A program made the translations under genes and the position numbers. This document shows, one piece after another, positions 16,998 through 20,000 of a stretch of 20,000 nt of DNA. How positions within the stretch are numbered: position 1 is the first letter of the stretch; each line of letters begins with the position of its first letter. The stretch lies in the IMG/VR virus record IMGVR_UViG_3300033066_002433; one strand, 5' to 3'. The DNA comes from an uncultured virus (IMG/VR IMGVR_UViG_3300033066_002433) (lineage: Duplodnaviria > Heunggongvirae > Uroviricota > Caudoviricetes). The notes beneath the pieces were generated by a model. That model searched no databases. It had not been told where the DNA came from and saw nothing but the letters and a program-made list of their open reading frames with translations.

Positions 16998-17793
16998 GAT
17001 TATAATTCCATCCTGTTCTTCTTTGTAAATCCTGTCTCAAAGATTCTAGTCGTTGTTCCATAGGAGTTGCTAATATTTCATCATAAACGGAACTATTTAT
17101 GCTGTAAGAATTTGCCCTTTTATGATTTATGTGAAGCAAAGGAGTGTCCCTAACTTCATGCATTTTAGTTAACGTAGTTATTCTTCCCCAAAATTCGCAG
17201 TCTTCGCTTCCATAACCGCAAAATCTTTCACACATACCTCCAGCCTTTGCAAAAGCTTTCTTAGTAAAAGCTATACTGCCGCCAGAAAAATAATCTACTC
17301 GTTTAGAACCAGTCCAAAGCAAACCTGTTTTCAACAAATTAACATTGTATATTTCTTTTCCAAAAAAACAAGATTCATATTCGTTCAATGTTGCATCTAT
17401 TCTTGCAAAATAACCTTTTGGCGGTATAATATCCGCATCATTCATGAGTATTTTATTATAAGTAGCTACTGCAAAGCCCGCATTTATGGCTATTGACTTG
17501 TTAAATGGAGTTGGACCGCTCTGAGTAAATATCTTTCTTACTCTTGAATCATTTATAAAATGCTTTATATTAACTCTTTCAACCTGGTCTTCTTCAGATA
17601 CTATTATCTCAATAGGCTCTACGTTTTGTAATAAAAGCCTTGTCACGCAATAATTCAAGTTATTCTGTCTGTCCGTACCTCTAATTGGAATAATTACAGA
17701 CAATCCAGAAATAGGTTGAACAGACATAATAGAAAATTCAAACTCTTTTCTTATATTAGGAGGTAGATTAGCTATAACTCTTGGGAAAATCAT
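16990..17793 (-). CDS. GT2/GT7-C-like glycosyltransferase
   Basis: LSVIIPIRG..R, EIIVSEED, FNKSIAINAG, MNDADII (DxD), GGMCERFCGYGSEDCEF. Start moved to ATG 17793 (ATGA overlap). Confidence 0.88.
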   Translation of the reverse strand: MIFPRVIANLPPNIRKEFEFSIMSVQPISGLSVIIPIRGTDRQNNLNYCVTRLLLQNVEPIEIIVSEEDQVERVNIKHFINDSRVRKIFTQSGPTPFNKSIAINAGFAVATYNKILMNDADIIPPKGYFARIDATLNEYESCFFGKEIYNVNLLKTGLLWTGSKRVDYFSGGSIAFTKKAFAKAGGMCERFCGYGSEDCEFWGRITTLTKMHEVRDTPLLHINHKRANSYSINSSVYDEILATPMEQRLESLRQDLQRRTGWNYNHV

Positions 17794-18401
17794 CCTCCCC
17801 AACTCCTTATTTTAGGATGAATATGAGGAGGTCTATTAGTGTTTGAAGGTTTTGAAGGCCCTCCTTTTTCATACAAATAATGATATATAACACCTGAAAT
17901 AAATTTCTCATTATTCAACAAAGGTAATAGCCTTGTAGAAAAGTCCTTATCTTCGCCAAAATTACTTTCCGGGAACTTGGTTGCGACGGCAAGCTCTCTC
18001 TTTACTGGATTAAGATGATTAGGACAACGATAATAAATGCCATTCTGCTCAAACCATTCTTTGTACTTTAGAGAATGAATAAACATTCTTGGATCTTGTC
18101 CTTGGAATGTTATAATGCCCTGTATACCGCAACAATCAGGTTTGCTTTCTGTTGCTTCCATTATCTTTCTAACATAGTCATTTGATACTATGTCATCATC
18201 GTCAACAAATGCTACATAATCACCTTTAGCTTCATCAAGTAGCATGTTTCTTTTTCTGCCAATAGCCAACTCTCCAGAATCAGTTTTTACCAAAAGTTCT
18301 ACATCATTATGCAGTTGTGGCTCAAGAACCTTTTGAAGCCTTTGCAGCTTATCCAGTCTTGAAGCAAGCGAACAAACAAGTATTGATAGTCTTTTACTCA
18401 T
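17790..18401 (-). CDS. GT2-family glycosyltransferase
   Basis: LSILVCSL..R, IGRKRN.LL.EAKGDYVAFVDDDD.VS.DYV, FGEDKDFS.RL. Confidence 0.88.
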   Translation of the reverse strand: MSKRLSILVCSLASRLDKLQRLQKVLEPQLHNDVELLVKTDSGELAIGRKRNMLLDEAKGDYVAFVDDDDIVSNDYVRKIMEATESKPDCCGIQGIITFQGQDPRMFIHSLKYKEWFEQNGIYYRCPNHLNPVKRELAVATKFPESNFGEDKDFSTRLLPLLNNEKFISGVIYHYLYEKGGPSKPSNTNRPPHIHPKIRSWGG

Positions 18402-19222
18402 ACTATTTTTCCTCTTCTTGAGAGCTTAATGGCTCTTTGTTTTTCATAATTTTTCGACCAACGATTCATGGCCTGAAGCCTTTTATTATTAGGATCTTTA
18501 GCCATGCTAATCGGTATCTGCCCATTTTGATCTGCCAACCGCTGTATCCCCTTGCCTTCTTCTCTAATAAGCCATTGAGTGAAGTTTCTGTCCCCTCTGT
18601 TGTATTCCTTGTCTCTCATCCAAGATCTTCCTAAATCTTTTAGTATGACAGCTTTAGGATCAAAAGGGAAATACAAAAAGCTTTCTTTTCTATATGAAGC
18701 TTTTAGTTCTCTAATTTGAACTTCAGGATTATCGACTATTAACATTTTTTCTGCCATCTCTCGACAAAAGGTTCCCCTTAAGAAGCATGGCGATAACCAA
18801 AAATCAGATTTGACATTCTTCCATGCCCTAAGAGCAACCTGCTGCACATGAGGAGGCACAAAGAATTGGTTAAAGGAAGACACCTTAAATGGGACCAATA
18901 ATTCCCAATCATCTTCCAAATGAAAGTTATAGTATGTTTCTATTTTTGAAAAACACCATTTTATTGCAGAAGCAAAATTGGGAGTATGAGGCATGTTGAC
19001 AATTACGTTACCAAAATATTGCCTTGCAATAGAGGCAACCTCTTCTCTTTTGTAGTCGTCTCTCTTATCAGGGAAACTATCAATGTTTATATAAAGAGTG
19101 GCTTTTTTGAAGTTAAAATCCTGTAGGTTTTTAGTAAAAGACTCATAAGTAGTCTTGATAAGTTCAGGCCTTGGCATCGCCGTTGTCGTAAATGATAAAG
19201 TGGTTTCATTAATTGGATACAT
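18398..19222 (-). CDS. GT-A-like glycosyltransferase, tandem paralog 1
   Basis: FTTTAMPRPEL, INID.FP, YNFHLEDDWELL, DLGRSW. Start moved to ATG 19222 (GAGG upstream; aligns with the paralog N-terminus). Confidence 0.75.
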   Translation of the reverse strand: MYPINETTLSFTTTAMPRPELIKTTYESFTKNLQDFNFKKATLYINIDSFPDKRDDYKREEVASIARQYFGNVIVNMPHTPNFASAIKWCFSKIETYYNFHLEDDWELLVPFKVSSFNQFFVPPHVQQVALRAWKNVKSDFWLSPCFLRGTFCREMAEKMLIVDNPEVQIRELKASYRKESFLYFPFDPKAVILKDLGRSWMRDKEYNRGDRNFTQWLIREEGKGIQRLADQNGQIPISMAKDPNNKRLQAMNRWSKNYEKQRAIKLSRRGKIV

Positions 19223-19982
19223 TTGGGCCTCTAAAATTTCCATCAAGCTTAGAAATATCAATATCCAAACTTTGATCTTGACACTGTTGGTCTCTCCAAC
19301 GAGTTGTTGAATTTGGAAGGAATCTCCATTGAGTAAAGTCATCCAAACCACGGCCATAACAAGAAGTCTTTATCCAAGATCTTCCCAAATCTCTAAGGAT
19401 TACCTTATCATCCTCAAAAGGCCAATAAACAAAAGACTTGCTGGGACTGTATGGGTTGAGATTCCTAATTTGCTCTTCAGGATTCCTAGCGGTATTCATT
19501 TTATTTGCCGCAAAATTACAAAACGAAGTCTTAATAATAGATGGACTGAGAACAAATCTTGGATCAGACCTTTTCCATGCACGGAATCCAACCTGCAAAA
19601 CGTCCGGATTGTCGAAAAACTCAACAACATATGACGGAATATCACAAAGAAGTTCCCAATCGTCTTCTAAGTTAAAAACATATTCCGTATTGGCTTGAGA
19701 AAAAATCCACTTAACAGCTTGAGGAAAACAAGAAAAACCAACATTAACTACAACTTCTTTGAAATAACTTGAAGCTATTTCTTTTACTCGCTCAATATTG
19801 GCGTCTTGTTCCTTGTAATCCGTTGAATAAGGAAACTTATCTATATTCAGAAACAATGGGATGCTTTTGAAATCCAGCCATTTTACTTTATCTTGAAAAG
19901 AAGAATACGTTTTTTCTAACAATTCTGGACGAGGCATTGCCGTTGTTGTAAAACATATGTTGTTTGAATTCGGTCTACTCAT
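19209..19982 (-). CDS. GT-A-like glycosyltransferase, tandem paralog 2
   Basis: FTTTAMPRPEL, LNIDKFP, YVFNLEDDWELL, DLGRSW. ATG 19982 aligns with the start of the downstream paralog. An earlier start beyond the window edge cannot be excluded. Confidence 0.75.
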   Translation of the reverse strand: MSRPNSNNICFTTTAMPRPELLEKTYSSFQDKVKWLDFKSIPLFLNIDKFPYSTDYKEQDANIERVKEIASSYFKEVVVNVGFSCFPQAVKWIFSQANTEYVFNLEDDWELLCDIPSYVVEFFDNPDVLQVGFRAWKRSDPRFVLSPSIIKTSFCNFAANKMNTARNPEEQIRNLNPYSPSKSFVYWPFEDDKVILRDLGRSWIKTSCYGRGLDDFTQWRFLPNSTTRWRDQQCQDQSLDIDISKLDGNFRGPNVSN

Positions 19983-20000
19983 ATTTTGATTATCGAACAA

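Noticed and set aside
5534..19357. Longer N-termini given by the ORF track (starts at 5602, 7333, 8698, 15058, 17802, 19357)
   Set aside because: Most overlap upstream genes. Downstream ATGs have RBSs, ATGA coupling or match paralog starts.
194..19698. All plus-strand ORFs in the track (60-149 aa)
   Set aside because: Each lies antisense to a well-supported minus-strand gene and shows no recognisable motif; treated as shadow ORFs.
5993..20000. Ordinary O-antigen/capsule locus
   Set aside because: No membrane flippase, polymerase, exporter or initiating transferase in 14 kb. Not fully excluded, because the cluster may continue past the window edge.
1..20000. CRISPR array, tRNA/rRNA, IS/integrase, intein, or stop-codon reassignment
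   Set aside because: No periodic repeats, RNA-gene signatures, transposase or intein motifs were seen by eye. Genes are full length and tightly packed under code 11, with TAA, TGA and TAG all used as stops.

Overview
An AT-rich, gene-dense window in which every credible gene is on the minus strand. Genes are tightly coupled by ATGA/TAATG overlaps and AGGA(G)-type RBSs, and read cleanly in standard code 11. The right part (~5993-20000) is a large glycan-building cluster. It holds about 10 glycosyltransferase-like proteins (GT2-like, GT7-C-like, GT32-like, GT47/exostosin-like, two paralogous pairs) and four SAM methyltransferase domains. It also has a nucleotide-sugar set: Gmd, a ColD-type His-for-Lys PLP dehydratase and an atypical SDR, suggesting a GDP-3,6-dideoxyhexose (colitose-type) pathway. 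No flippase, polymerase, ABC exporter or initiating phosphoglycosyltransferase is visible. The left part has a CBS-less IMPDH/GMP-reductase homolog, a GntR-like wHTH protein, a DUF3892-like small gene enclosed by inverted repeats and followed by a terminator, type IA topoisomerase, a probably inactive phage-metallopeptidase-like protein and orphans. The mix looks most like a large (jumbo) phage or similar element, but this is inference because no virion hallmark gene lies in the window. Non-coding signals of note are a recurring CGA(T/A)A(C/A/T)T upstream motif, a 10-bp inverted repeat abutting a start codon, and complementary UTRs around the DUF3892-like gene. Family assignments come from motif recognition by eye, not database searches.
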